Assembly (NCBI RefSeq): GCF_963921235.1
Contig: NC_086108.1
Location: 29,514,001 to 29,578,000 of the forward strand
Reading direction: 5' to 3'
Origin: Mobula hypostoma
Taxonomy: Eukaryota
Length of the DNA stretch: 64,000 nt
Positions 1-12,263 of this stretch are shown in pieces. The translations under genes were made by a program, and so were the position numbers. The notes under the pieces are model-generated. The model had not been told where the DNA came from and did no database searches. It was given only the letters and a program-made list of their open reading frames with translations. Each line of letters opens with the position of its first letter. The stretch's first letter is position 1.

Positions 1-534
1 AGAAACAACATCTTGCATATGTTATGAAGCCAATTGTCTTTATGGGCAGTAATGTACTCATACTGTTCAATGTTACAATCCCAAGGCTCATTGGTATACT
101 CTCACTATTGTTAATTGCTGCTCATGTGTCTGACTCGCCATGTATGCTCTTTCCTGCGCATATCTGAGCACAGCCATTAAGCTTTAGTGCAAAGGAGAAG
201 TCGTCTGTCTTCTCACTTTCATGCAACACTATAACTAGGGAAACTGCTGGTGCCCATAGTCACCTTTCATTGATGTAACACAGACCATTCAGCTGCTGCC
301 TTCTCCACATTTATACATGCCTCTCTTTTGTTTCTGCAGATGCCCTCACTTTGCAATTATATGAGGCTAAATCTCAGGGTTGAGTGTGTCTGGACCTGCG
401 CCAACCTCGCCATTGGCACTCCTTCTCTGCCACCTGTGTGACACTCCTTTAATGGCACTGCACCCTCACCATTCCCAAAATCCTTTGCTCCCACCAGATT
501 TACAAACTCGCTTTCCGCTGCACATTAACAAATA

Positions 535-635
535 CAGTACTGTGCATAGGTGTTAGGCACCCTAGCTATATATATGTATGTACTTGTATGTATGTGTGTG
601 TATATATATATAAAATACCTTTTTGCACAGCACTG
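535..635. mobile_element. Tc1/mariner-type MITE with (TA/TG)n core
   Basis: Left end CAGTACTGTGCATA is the inverse of right end TTTTGCACAGCACTG; TA on both flanks (533-534, 636-637). Confidence 0.75.
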
Positions 636-1304
636 TATTCAAATTTTGGCTTTGAACTTTATAAAGCCCCTTTTGTTTTGATATTAACTAAGGAAACTAT
701 TCTAAGAGTATACATTCAAACAAACAAACTAATAAAAGAAAGACAGAATTGCTGGAAATACTTAACAGGTGAGAGTGCATCTGTGGGAAGAGAGACAGAG
801 CTAATATTTTGGGTCAAAGACCCATTGTAAGAACTGGGAAGGAGGCAAAAGAGACCTATTGAGCTACAGAGAGAATGGAAGAGTGGGGATGTCTATGCTA
901 GGGGATAGCTGGGATTACATTGAGAATAAGCTGCCTGTGAGTGAAATAGAGCAGTTGCAGAATGTAGATAAAAGAGCGTAGGAGTTTTGAAATGCAGAGC
1001 AGTAAGGCATGAGTCAGTCTGAACATGTCCTCCTTGTCCTCAGAGTAAAAGAGTTAAATAGAGACGGGAAATAATGCCTAATTTTACGAATAATAACAAA
1101 CAGATTAAGAAATGAAGATACCTGATACCTCAATATGGAGTTGAGAAGTCTGCAAAGTGCCTCATTAGTAACAGTGCAGGAGGCTGGGACCTATAGGTCA
1201 GGGTTGGAGTGGGATGGGAAATTAAGGACAGTTCTCTGATACTCAAAACGTACTTGGCCTAATGAATTAGTGCAAGACCACTGATTTTTAAGGATTTCAA
1301 ATAA

Positions 1305-1481
1305 GGGCAGCACATTGGCAAAGCAAGTAGAGCTGATGTATCACAGTCCAGCGACCTTGGTTTCATCTGAATGGCATTTGTGTGTTTTCCCTCTGACTGT
1401 AGGTTTCCTCTAGGTTCTCCAGTTTCCTTCCACACCTCAAAGATTTAGGGGTCAGTAGGTTAATTGATCACGTAAACTGCC
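1305..1481 (+). mobile_element. Decayed V-SINE-type tRNA-derived SINE
   Basis: V-domain-like GGTTTCCTCTAGGTTCTCCAGTTTCCTTCCACAC...GGTTAATTG; similar to the copies at 17848 and 27150. Confidence 0.6.
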
Positions 1482-1956
1482 TCACTGGGGCAGGTGCTGT
1501 AGATGGTCTCGGTGTCCTTTGGACAAGGAGGTTTCACTGGGGCAGGTGCTGTAGATGGTCTCGGTGTCCTTTGGACAAGGAGGTTTCACTGGGGCAGATG
1601 CTGTAGGTGGTCTCGGTGTCCTTTGGACAAGGAGGTTTCACTGGGGCAGATGCTGTAGGTGGTCTCGGTGTCCTTTGGACAAGGAGGTCTCACTGGGGCA
1701 GATGCTGTAGGTGGTCTCTGTGTCCTTTGGACAAGGAGGTTTCACTGGGGCAGGTGCTGTAGATGGTCTCGGTGTCCTTTGGACAAGGAGGTTTCACTGG
1801 GGCAGATGCTGTAGGTGGTCTCGGTGTCCTTTGGATGAAGAGGTTTCACTGGGGCAGATGTTGTCGGTGGTCTCAGTGTCCTTTGGATGAGGAGGTTTCA
1901 CTGGGGCAGATGCTGTATGTGGTCTCGGTGTCCTTTGGACAAGGAGGCCTCACTGG
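1482..1956. repeat. 52-bp minisatellite, 9 full units plus 7 bp
   Basis: Unit TCACTGGGGCAG(G/A)TGCTGTAG(A/G)TGGTCTCGGTGTCCTTTGGACAAGGAGGTT starts at 1482, 1534, 1586 ... 1898, 1950. Confidence 0.97.
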
Positions 1957-2719
1957 AGATCAGTTATCAGAAGTTACCTTTGAACCATATTGTAGCAAAT
2001 AGCAGTATATGAAGGCAAGGAAGAACGGAGAAGGCAAATGCTAGGCAAAATTGGAAAGAGAAAGAAACTACGAGTGTGCATGACAGTACATTACTATACC
2101 AGTTTTAGCTCAGTCAATGGTACTCTTATCTTTGAGTCGGAAACTTGTGGACGAAAATCGTATTCCAAGGACTTCAGCAGGTAGCAGTAACACAATGATG
2201 AGGTGTGGTACCATGGTGGCTGGAATTTAGGACCAGTAATCCATAGACAAGAATGAATAGACCTGCAGAATGCAATATGTCAGAGCTAAACATCTGAGTT
2301 CCACTAACATTTTGGTATCTCTGAAACATAAAAAGAGAAAGATAGCAGAAATAATGATGATAGTTAGAAGCTACAAGACTGATGTCAGATCCATCTGGTT
2401 TGGTGATGATCTTTGGAGAAGGAAGGCCTTCTTCATCACTTGATCTTACCAGAGCTGCTCCCACACCTTCAACAGGCTCCTTAACTCTTTACTGTCCATT
2501 CCAAATCAGTATGTTTTCCTCACTGACATCCGAGGATTGGTGTTTCCATCGGTAGAACTGCTGAACAAGCAATAGGTTGATTTGGTCATACTCACAAAAT
2601 CAGGCTTTCTTGCCATGCCCCAGACTCTTCCATCTCCTTCTTACTAGCATATTTATTGACATTTAACTTCATTATTCATGGCAAATTATGCATCATCAAC
2701 ATACTACATATCATTAAAG

Positions 2720-3250
2720 ACAATAAACTGAAGTGGATGGACCAGCCACATAAAAGCTGTGGCTACAACAGCCAGTCAAAGTTTAGGTACGCTGTGGCAA
2801 ATGACTCACCTCTTGCCCTGTAAAAGACACAAGTATTTCAAATTGTCTGGATGAAATCATCTCCAAAAGTGCAGGTGATCAGTAGCACATTTCTGGCTAA
2901 GGCAAGTTCTTATGAAACATGACCTCTTGCAAGATTGCCTGCAAGCCACACACCACCTCACTCAAAGATATATCACCATGCTTTATTTTATCTGGCTCAC
3001 TGGGAGAGCCACAGTACTTTGCATTATCTGGTGGAGCAATCAGTACTTTTCCCTGTCGATGGTATTTGGAAGATGCCTCGAGAGCCCCAGGTGTGTGGAA
3101 TCGACAGTCTTAAGGCTCTGTAAGGGTTCCTTTCAACAACAGGAGTAAAAGTGGTGAGTTAAAGGAGAAAAGTTGAGAAGCAGTTAGAGGTAGATATTGC
3201 TGTCTGGCTTTGCCAGCAATACTCAAGGTGCTTGAAGGAATAAAAATAAG
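2720..3250 (+). mobile_element. Ancient CR1-like LINE 3' remnant
   Basis: TGGACCAGCCACATAAAAGCTGTGGCTACAA (W-T-S-H-I-like RT C-terminal segment) and tail CTGGCTTTGCCAGC...AATAAAA; recognised by motif only. Confidence 0.4.
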
Positions 3251-3379
3251 TGTAAGACTTACACTAGTGGAATACTAGGAAACACTGTACTTTTTTTAAC
3301 CACATTTAAGATGAGGTAACAAACCAAGGCTTTGTCAGGCAGAGGAAAAAAATCTCAATGCACAACTTGATGAAGGGCA

Positions 3380-3600
3380 GGAGTGTATTTATCCATCTCT
3401 ATGCCCCACCTTTATCCCTTAACCAACACCAATAAGCAGATTCCCTGTTCAGTATCTTGTTGCTATGTGTGGGTGCATGCTGTGTACAGATCTTCTGCAC
3501 TTCCTACAGAGAGAGTATTTCATGAGCCGGAAAGCATGTTTAGGTTAACGGTGTGTTATGAAAGATGTTGTATGACCAAGGAATTGTAAGTTTTTATATA
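3380..3600 (+). mobile_element. Deu-domain SINE remnant (SacSINE/AmnSINE-like)
   Basis: AAGCAGATT...TTGCTATGTGTGGG...TGCTGTGTACAGAT...TTCCTACA resembles the Deu core; a second copy lies near 22760. Confidence 0.4.
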
Positions 3601-4009
3601 TGATTAATCTTGGAGGTTTCAGTAAACCTTAGGGGAATAAGAATTGGTGTCAGTGCTTTCTAGTTGCTCATTAACAGATTTTGCTTGCTTTATGTGAAGG
3701 CAGTATTTAATCAGGATTGCCCATAAGTGGTACTGATTCAGCACAAGGGACCTATGGAAAAGAGCCTTGCTAAAGGAAGGTTCTAATTACCAGCCAGAGC
3801 CTTATTCACACCACTTGGCACAAGTTGCATGTTTGGTCAACAAGAAAGTAGCCTGATTAATTCTATTTTTCTGTTTTATATTCAGAAGCGACTCTGAGAC
3901 TTGGTTAAAAAAATAACATGCTTGATGAGATATGATAGCCTTGTGTAGCCAGTCACTAAACTAGCAAAGAAACTTGGAACAGTGACACAGTTTCACACTA
4001 TCACTGAAA

Positions 4010-4300
4010 GTCATAGTCATATAGCACAGAAACAGGACCTTTGGTCTATTATATCTATAGTGACTTTTATGTCCATTTACACCCATCCTAATTGCCCACA
4101 TTAGGTCCATGTTTTCAGTGCCCTTCCTATATAAGTGTCTGACTAACTGCCTCTTAGGAGTATTAATTGTATCTGATTCCACCACCTCCTCCAGCAGCAT
4201 GTTCAGAAAATCAACCACACTCTTAAAAAAAAGAAATACTCAACCATGGGAAAAAAAGATGTTGAGAAATCTTCCCTCCATGCGCCATATCATCTTATGC
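4010..4300 (-). mobile_element. CR1 LINE 3' end fragment
   Basis: Reverse tail GTCATAGTCATATAGCACAGAAACAGGACC; minus-strand peptide EEVVESDTINTPKRQLVRHLYRKG resembles the CR1 C-terminus. Confidence 0.6.
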
Positions 4301-4319
4301 TCTATTATAGCCTTCAATG

Positions 4320-5020
4320 GCAGAAAGACCAAGGAATTGTTGTGGACTTCAGGAAGGGGAAGTTGGGGGTGGGGAGACTCACACCAGTCCTCACTGAGGG
4401 ATCAGTGGTCACGAGGCTGAGCAGTTTCAAGTTCCTGGGCGTCAACAACTCAGAGGATCTATCTTGGGTCCAATATATTGATGAAGAAGGCATGCCAATG
4501 ACTATACTTCATTAGGGAGATCTGGTATGCCATCAAAGACTTTGGCAAATTTCTACAGATGTGTGATGGAGAGCATTCTAACTGGTTGCATCACTGCTTG
4601 ATCAGCGACTCCAATGGGTGGGACCAACCCTCGCAGGGTAGTAGACTCAGCCAGCCCTATCTTGGGCACTAGCCTCTCCATCATCGTGGACATCTTCAAA
4701 AGATGGCCTGTTAAGAAGATGGCATCCACCATAAAGGAACCTCATCACTCAGGCCATACTATGTTCTCATTACTGCCATCAGGAAAGAGGTAAAGGAATC
4801 TGAAGACCCACGCTCAGCGTTTTAAGAAGAGCTTCTCCTCCTCCGCCATCAGATTTCTAAATAATCCTTGAACCTATGAATGCTACCTCATTATTCTACT
4901 TTGCAGTTCATTTATTTCTGTTTTGTTACTTACAGTCATTTTATATCTTCCACTGTACTGCTACCACAAATTGACAAATTTCATGACATATGTCAGTCAT
5001 AATAAACATGATTCTGATTC
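4320..5020 (+). mobile_element. Rex1/Babar-like LINE 3' fragment
   Basis: KTKELVVDFR-like and FKFLGVNNSEDLSW peptides; tail AATAAACATGATTCTGATTC. Confidence 0.75.
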
Positions 5021-5629
5021 ATTATAATTTAACGAGTCATCCACAAGCAGTTGCAATTATACACAGTTTACCATTCAGACTGAAATGTTAACTCTGCTTA
5101 TATCTCCACAGATGCTGGCTGACCTAGTTATATTTTCTTGTATTTTCTCATTTAATTTCAGATTTGCAGCTTCTGCAGTTTAATTTTTGCTCCTGCCTAT
5201 GGTCTCTGTGTGTTGACGTTGCATAAAACTGGTTCAAAAAAATGACAGAACATTCTTACAATAGCTCCTCAGCCCTTGGCAGGTACCCATCTGCCAGGTT
5301 GTACACATGTAGAACTAGGGAACAAATAGTCTAAATATAATATAGGATGTAACAACCCAGGAGCACAGATAGGGTGAGATCTGGCACAAAGTAAACTTGT
5401 GACACATGTTACCCTAGGATTTATTTCTCAGCTATTATTATTTGCATTTTATTCATTAAACACGCGAAAGGCTAAACGTTGTGATTTTTATTCTCGTCAC
5501 TGTTGGCTACATCACAAAAATCCATTTTGATATTATGTTTGGATTGGTCAAGGGAACATTTGAGGTTCATGTGGCAAAACTGAGTTAGCGTGAAACCTGA
5601 GAGTGCAGTAATAAGCTGGACTTTGTCGG

Positions 5630-5677
5630 CTGTTTGGAAGAATTTGTTCATGACTGTTTGGAAGAACTTGTTCATGA
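5630..5677. repeat. 24-bp tandem duplication
   Basis: CTGTTTGGAAGAA(T/C)TTGTTCATGA x2. Confidence 0.9.
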
Positions 5678-5809
5678 GTGGTTCATGGCAAGCCACAACC
5701 ACTGTTACTACGTGGTCAATTACACAGCTGTGGACAGGTCTGATACTGCTGAACAACTGTTTGGCTTTAAATACAAAGGTAGAGTTGTAGAATGGCAATG
5801 ACTGGCATA

Positions 5810-6220
5810 CGGCATAAAGATAGCTGTTTCCTGGCAGCAACATAATTAAAAGACATAAAAATCTATAAATTCAGAATATAAATAAATAGTGCAAAACAAA
5901 TGTATAATAAGGTAGTATTCATTGATTTAAGGATCATTCGGAAATCCAATGGTGGAAGGGAAGAAGCTGCTTCCAAGTGGTTGAGTGTGGATCTTCTGCT
6001 CCTTCACCTCCTCCCTGATAGTCGTAATGAGAAGAGAGCACGCCGGGGAGAGTGAGGGTTCTTAATGATGGATGCCACCTTCCTGAGGCATCACCTCTAG
6101 AAGATGTCCTTGATAATCGGGAGGGTTGTGCCTGTGATGGAGCAGACTCAGTCTATTGCTTCTTTGTAGTGTCTTGCAGTCCTGTGCATTGGAGGCTCTG
6201 TGCCAGGCTGTGATGCTTAT
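5810..6220 (-). mobile_element. Rex1-like LINE 3' fragment
   Basis: CTTAATGATGGATGCC and GGGAAGAAGCTG hallmarks shared with other copies in the window. Confidence 0.6.
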
Positions 6221-6364
6221 AAAACTTTTATCTGAGTAACATGGTAATATTTGGTTTATAAGGAAGTGCACTGCATGTTCCATAAATATTATTGCACCTT
6301 TTCGACAACGTTGTACTGTCATAACAATAGTGTAGCCAGATTCTTATCGAGGGCCAAGGAATAA

Positions 6365-6640
6365 GGTTCAACTTTATTCACCATATATATTTACAGGTAT
6401 TAGGAATTTGCTGTGGTGTGTTGATCAGGGTGTGACATGCAATAAAATAACACCATTCAACAATTATAAAGAATTATATAAAAATTAAGATAGAGGTCAA
6501 AGTATGGATACAGAATAAAATATGCATAAATACATAAATGCCAGCATGTATTTACAATGTAAACAACATTTTTAAAAGTGGCTTCAAGTATTTACAGTGT
6601 AGTGCAGTGATTGGGATAATAGAGTGGGCTGCTGTCTAAC
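6365..6640 (-). mobile_element. LINE 3' UTR fragment (uninterrupted copy of the host element at 8510-14420)
   Basis: Colinear with 8530-8606 + 11116-11231 + 11692-11760 once the insertions are removed. Confidence 0.8.
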
Positions 6641-6937
6641 TTGCAAAGCATAGAATGAAATGATATAAAACAGCTGTGCCAATGCCCATTTGATGTGATT
6701 CAGCTTTTCTTCCTAATGCTCTGACGCTTTGCCTGCAGTAAAGGTGAAGATATATAATCTGACAGCAGTGACCCTGCAGAACTGAGTGCCCATTGTTTGT
6801 AAATTTGTGTGGGTACATAGCGGAAGCAAGCTGTATGATCACAGGGGAATCTCAGTGTAGCCTAATAGTAGCCGTTATCATAGATTATAGGAAATATAAG
6901 AAAAATCAGAGTTTCTTTGGCCATTTTTCCCTTTGTT

Positions 6938-7012
6938 TAGGCGTTCCAAGCCTGGGGTCCATGGACCACTTAATGGTATTGGCCCATGGCATAAAAAAGG
7001 GTGGGAACCCTG
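6938..7012. mobile_element. hAT-type MITE (~75 bp)
   Basis: Imperfect TIRs TAGGCGTTCCAAGCC / GGGTGGGAACCCTG. Confidence 0.5.
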
Positions 7013-7124
7013 GTTTGAGGGGTCTTTGTCTTTGGCACTAAATCTCCTGATTCAACTGAAGCATCTGATAACATACGGGGTACTCTTAATAAGAGGGAGA
7101 AACCATGCAGTTGTAGTTATCAAC

Positions 7125-7460
7125 ATCAGAACAAAGTTCAAAGTAAATTTATATCAAAGTACATATATACTGCCATTTTCACCCTGAGATTCATTTTCTT
7201 GCAGGCATACTCTATAAATCCACAATAGAATAAAAAACATGATAGAATCAATGAAAAACCGCTCCAATTTGGGTGTTCAACCAGTGTGTAAAAGATAACA
7301 AACTGCAAATATAAAAGAAATGATAATAATAAATAAATAAGCAATAAATATCAAGAATATGAGATGAAGAGTCCTTAAAAGTGAGTCCATAGGTTGTGGG
7401 AACACTTCAATGAAGGGGCAACTGAAGCTGAGTGAAGTTACCCTCTTTAGTTCAAGAGAC
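7125..7460 (-). mobile_element. Rex1-like LINE 3' UTR fragment
   Basis: Reverse tail CAAAGTTCAAAGTAAATTTAT; similar to 42180-42440. Confidence 0.6.
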
Positions 7461-8606
7461 TGTGATACATTCTGGTAAATAATTTCACAATACAAACTTC
7501 ACACTATGCAGAAAATTGTTCAGTTAGTTGACTACAAACTTTTTCCAAAGGCTTTTATGAACTGGGCATCGTGTGGGCAAAGCAAAGTTAATTGACACAG
7601 GTCTATGTCAATAGAGTTGCATTGCAGTGGTGTTTATTAGTTTAATCCCCACAAGGTTACGTCTTTGAAGCTTATTTGCAGACTGAATGTAGAGTAACTT
7701 TTGCAAAGTCAGTAAACTCCCATAAGCTGAAACGCTTGGGGACTGCTATACCGACAGATTGTCAGGAATATTGAATGTTGCTCATATTAACTTTAGCAAT
7801 GTTTCCAGTGAATCTGGTGAAGTTTAAGTGAGGGATATAGGGCCCCAGTAAGCAGGAAGAGAGGATGAGAACTAGGATCAAGGTGAACTGAAAGTTTTGT
7901 GTAAACACGTATGTGTTGGAAAGTCAGAAGCCAAAAGATTAAAAGTAAAGTTTATTGTCATATCCACAAGTACACGTACAATGCAAATACAGGGGTAATG
8001 AAAAACTTACATGCATTAGCCTCACAGGCACATAGCATGCTAGACTCAGCATTCACATGAAAAACACCCTATTTGGATGCATTTCGGTTTGGTATGGCAA
8101 CTGCTCTGCATGAGACTGCAGAAACTGCAGACCGTTGGGATGTAGATCAGCACTTTACGGAAACCAGCCCCTCCTCTATATTTCCCATTGCCTCAGTAAA
8201 TCATCCAGATTAATCAAAGACCCCACCCATCCCGGGGAATTCTCTCTTCTCCCCTCTCCCAGTGGACAGAAGCTACAAAAGCTCAAGTACAGATTCCACC
8301 CCACAGTATTAAGACCATTAGCTGGTTTCCTGGTATGATACAAAGGACTCTTAACCTCACATTTACCTAGTTATGATATTACCTTTATTGTATTTCCTCT
8401 GTAGACTTTCTTCAGTATTGTTTTACCTTGTTCTGGCTCAATGACTGTGTAATAATTTAATCTGTATGAATTGTATGCAAGGCAAGCTTTTCAGTGGATT
8501 CTGGTATACGGATCAAAGATCAATATTCAGGATCAAATTTATTCGCCATATAACAACATTTACATTCTTAGGAATTTGGTGAGCTGTGTTGGTTAGGGTG
8601 CGACAT

Positions 8607-10967
8607 CCCTCCCTCTGCCAACCCGACGTCGGCGTGTAACATCATTTACACCGTCATAGCCAGATTACAAACCCAGCACCCGAGTGCCCTCATTACCATC
8701 TCGGGTGACTTCAGCCCAGTTACCATGGCTAGAACTCTGCACAACTTCACGCAGTATGTGAGCTGTACAACCAGAGGGGAGAGGACTCTGGATTTGATGT
8801 ATGCTAACGTTAAGGATGCATACAGCTCGTCTCCCCTCCCCCCACCAGGAAGGTCAGATCACAACCTGGTGCATCTAAAACCCTGCTACGTGCCTCTGGT
8901 GAAGAGTAAACCTGCAACCTCGAGGACAGTGAGGAAATGGTCAGAGGAGGCTTATGAGGCGCTCCAGGGTTGTTTTGAGGTGACAGATTGGCAGGCACTC
9001 TGTGAGCCACATGGAGAGGATATTGATGGGCTCACAGAGTGCATCACTGATTACATCAACTTCTGTGTGGACTGTAATGTTCCGACAAGAACTGTCCTTT
9101 GTTATTCAAATAACAAGCCATGGGTGACAGAGGACATTAAGGACATCCTGAACGCTAAAAAGAGGGCGTTTAGAGATGGAAATAGGGAGGAGCTGAGGGC
9201 AATACAGAGTGACCTGAAAGCCAGGATCAGGAAAGTTAAAGACAGGTACAGGAGGAAGCTTGAGTGGAAACTCCAGCAGAACAACATGAGAGAGGTCTGG
9301 AGGGGGATGAGGACCATCACTGGGTTCTGGCAAACTAGCAACAGAGGAGCTGAAGGCAGTGTGGACAGGGCCAATGAACTTAACCTGTTCTTTAACAGAT
9401 TTGACATTGTGGCCCCTGCCCATCCCATACATGAGCCATCTGTTGTCGGCCCCCAACTAACACATATTCCACTCTCCCCTCCTACCCCTCCTCACAGTCC
9501 CCCACCCTGCTCTCGTGACTATACCCCTTCCCCACACAAAACCACCACGGTGGGCTTCACAGCTGAACAGGTGAGAAGACAGCTGAAATGTCTCAACCCA
9601 AGCAAGGCTGCAGGACCAGATGGTGTCAGTACCAGGGTGCTCAAAGCCTGTGCCCCTCAGCTATGTGGAGTACTTCGCCATGTATTCAACCTGAGCCTGA
9701 GGCTCTGGAGGGTTCCTGTACTGTGGAAGACGTCCTGCCTCGTTCCTGTGCCGAAGATGCCGCGCCCCAGCGGCCTCAATGACTACAGACCGGTGGCATT
9801 GACCTCCCACATCATGAAGACCCTGGAGAGACTTGTTCTGGAGTTGCTCCGGCCTATGGTCAGGCTACACTTAGATCCCTCCAGTTCATCTACCAGCCCC
9901 GACTAGGAGTTGAGGGTGCCATCGTCTTCCTGCTGAACCGTGTCTACGCCCACCTGGACAAGCCAGCGAGCACTGTGAGGGTCATGTTTTTTGACTTCTC
10001 CAGTGCGTTTAACACCATTCACCCTGCTCTGCTTGGGGAGAAGCTGACAGCGATGCAGGTGGATGCTTCCCTGGTATCATGGATTCTTGATTACCTGACT
10101 GGCAGACCACAGTACGTGTGCTTGCAACACTGTGTGTCCGACAGAGTGATCAGCAGCACTGAGGCTCCACAGGGGACTGTCTTCTCTCCCTTTCTCTTCA
10201 CCATTTACACCTCGGACTTCAACTACTGCACAGAGTCTTGTCATCTTCAGAAGTTTTCGGATCACTCTGCCATAGTTGGATGCATCAGCAAGAGAGATGA
10301 GGCTGAGTACAGGGCTACAGTAGGAAACTTTGTCACATGGTGTGAGCAGAATTATCTGCAGCTTAATGTGAAAAAGGCTAAGGAGCTGGTGGTAGACCTG
10401 AGGAGAGCTAAGGTACTGGTGACCCCTGTTTCCATCCAGGGGGTCAGTGTGGACATGGTGGAGGATTACAAATACCTGGAGATACGAATTGACAATAAAC
10501 TGAACTGGTCAAAGAACACTGAGGCTGTCTACAAGAAGGGTCAGAGCCGTCTCTATTTTCTGAGGAGACTGAGGTCCTTTAACATCTGCCGGACGATGCT
10601 GAGGATGTTCTACGAGTCTGTGGTGGCCAGTGCTATCATGTTTGCTGTTGTGTGCTGGGGCAGCAGGCTGAGGGGGGCAGACACCAACAGAATCAACAAA
10701 CTCATCCGTAAGGCCAGTGATGTTGTAGAGATGGAACTGGACTCTCTCACGGTGGTGTCTGAAAAGAGGATACTGTCTAAGTTGCATGCCATCTTGGTCA
10801 ATGTCTCCCATCCAGTACATAATGTACTGGGTGGGCACAGGAGTACATTCAGCCAGAGACTCATTCCACAGAGATGCAACACTGAGCGTCATAGGAAGTC
10901 ATTCCTGCCTGCAGCCATCAAACTTTACAACTCCTCCCTTGGAGGGTCAGACACCTTGAGCCAATAG
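8607..10967 (+). pseudogene. LINE ORF2 (EN-RT) with a single 1-bp deletion near 9879 and catalytic FSDD changed to FSDH
   Basis: ORFs 8725-9906 and 9975-10967 join (LDP-LQFIYQPRLGVE) if one C is restored in GATCCCTCCAG. Confidence 0.88.
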
Positions 10968-11115
10968 GCTGGTCCTGGACTTATTTCATAATTTACTGGC
11001 ATAATTTACGTATTACTATTTAGCTATTTATGGTTCTATTACTATTTATTATTTATGGAGCAACTGCAACGAAAACCAATTTCCCTCGGGATTAATAAAG
11101 TATGACTATGACTAT
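8607..11115 (+). mobile_element. Young 5'-truncated Rex1/Babar-like LINE (APE endonuclease + RT) with TSD
   Basis: EN motifs GDF, TLDL, SDH; RT motifs KAAGPDG, YRPVALTS, DFSSAFNTI, PQG; tail AATAAAG(TATGAC)3; GACAT duplicated at 8602-8606 and 11116-11120. Confidence 0.92.
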
Positions 11116-11231
11116 GACATGCAACAAAAAATAACAACATTTAACAATTATGGGGAATAAAGAATTATATAAAAATAAAGTATGGATACAGAATAAAATG
11201 TGCATAAATACATAAATACCAGCATGTATTT

Positions 11232-11691
11232 CATAGTCATAGTCATAGTCATACTTTATTGATCCCAGGAAATTAGTTTTCATTACAGTTGCACCATAAA
11301 TAATTAAATAGTAATAAAACCATAAATAGTTAAATAGTAATATGTAAATTATGCCAGTAAATTATGAAATAAGTCCAGGACCAGCCTATTAGCTCAGGGT
11401 GTCTGACCCTCCAAAGGAGGAGTTGTAAAGTTTGATGGCCACAGGCAGGAATGACTTCCTATGACGCTCAGTGCTGCATCTCGGTGGAATGAGTCTCTGG
11501 CTGAATGTACTCCTGTGCCCACCCAGTACATTATGTAGTGGATGGGAGGCATTGACCAAGATGGCATGCAACTTATACAGCATCCTCTTTTCAGACACCA
11601 CCGTGAGAGAGTCCATTTCCATCCCCACAACATCACTGGCCTTATGAATGAGTTTGTTGATTCTGTTGGTGTCTGCTACCCTCAGCCTGCT
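11232..11691 (-). mobile_element. Second copy of the same Rex1-like family (3' 460 bp), inverted
   Basis: Reverse tail (TCATAG)3-TCATACTTTATT; peptide nearly identical to the C-terminus of 9975-10967; GCAT(T)GTATTT duplicated at 11222-11231 and 11692-11702. Confidence 0.92.
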
Positions 11692-12263
11692 GCATTGTAT
11701 TTACAATGTAAAGAACATAATTAAAAAGTGGTTGAAAGTGTTCACAGTGCAATGCAGTATAGACTAACTAGAATGCTTGATCAGATTAACTGCCTGGGGG
11801 AAGAAATTTTTAAAATTTACATGACGTTTTTGTTTTAATAGCCCTATAATACTTTCCAGAAGGGAGCCATAGGAAATGGTAGTTTGCAGCCTGCAATGAT
11901 TTTTCTGCCGGCTTCTTTGTGCTGGACACATACAAGTCCTGCAGTAATGGCCAAATGCAGCCTATGACCTTTACTGCTGACTTGATAGTTCACTGTAGTT
12001 TTCATACATTGTGAGGGGATCCTACACCAATTCAGACAGCAATGGCTGATGTGGGGATGATCGTGTAGTATTGTGCTAGTATGTTCAGGGGACGATAGAA
12101 TTTTTACCAGCTGCTGCAAGAAGTACATCCTCTGCCAAGCCTTTTTGTTAATGAAGGAGCTATGGCTCTCCCACAGGAGATTCTGTAAAATAATGATGCC
12201 CTGAAACCTGAATGGTGCTAACTGTAGAGTAGTTGATAAGAGGAGCCATGTTTCTCCTGAAGT

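Noticed and set aside
1482..1533. Origin of the 52-bp unit from the CR1 RT motif (GSAVDVVYMDFSK-like DNA)
   Set aside because: The resemblance needs gaps and neither flank is CR1; continuity with the adjacent SINE explains it better.
5472..5843. 123-aa ORF with an internal peptide repeat
   Set aside because: The repeat is a 24-bp DNA duplication, the start lies in a LINE tail, and there is no domain or splice support.
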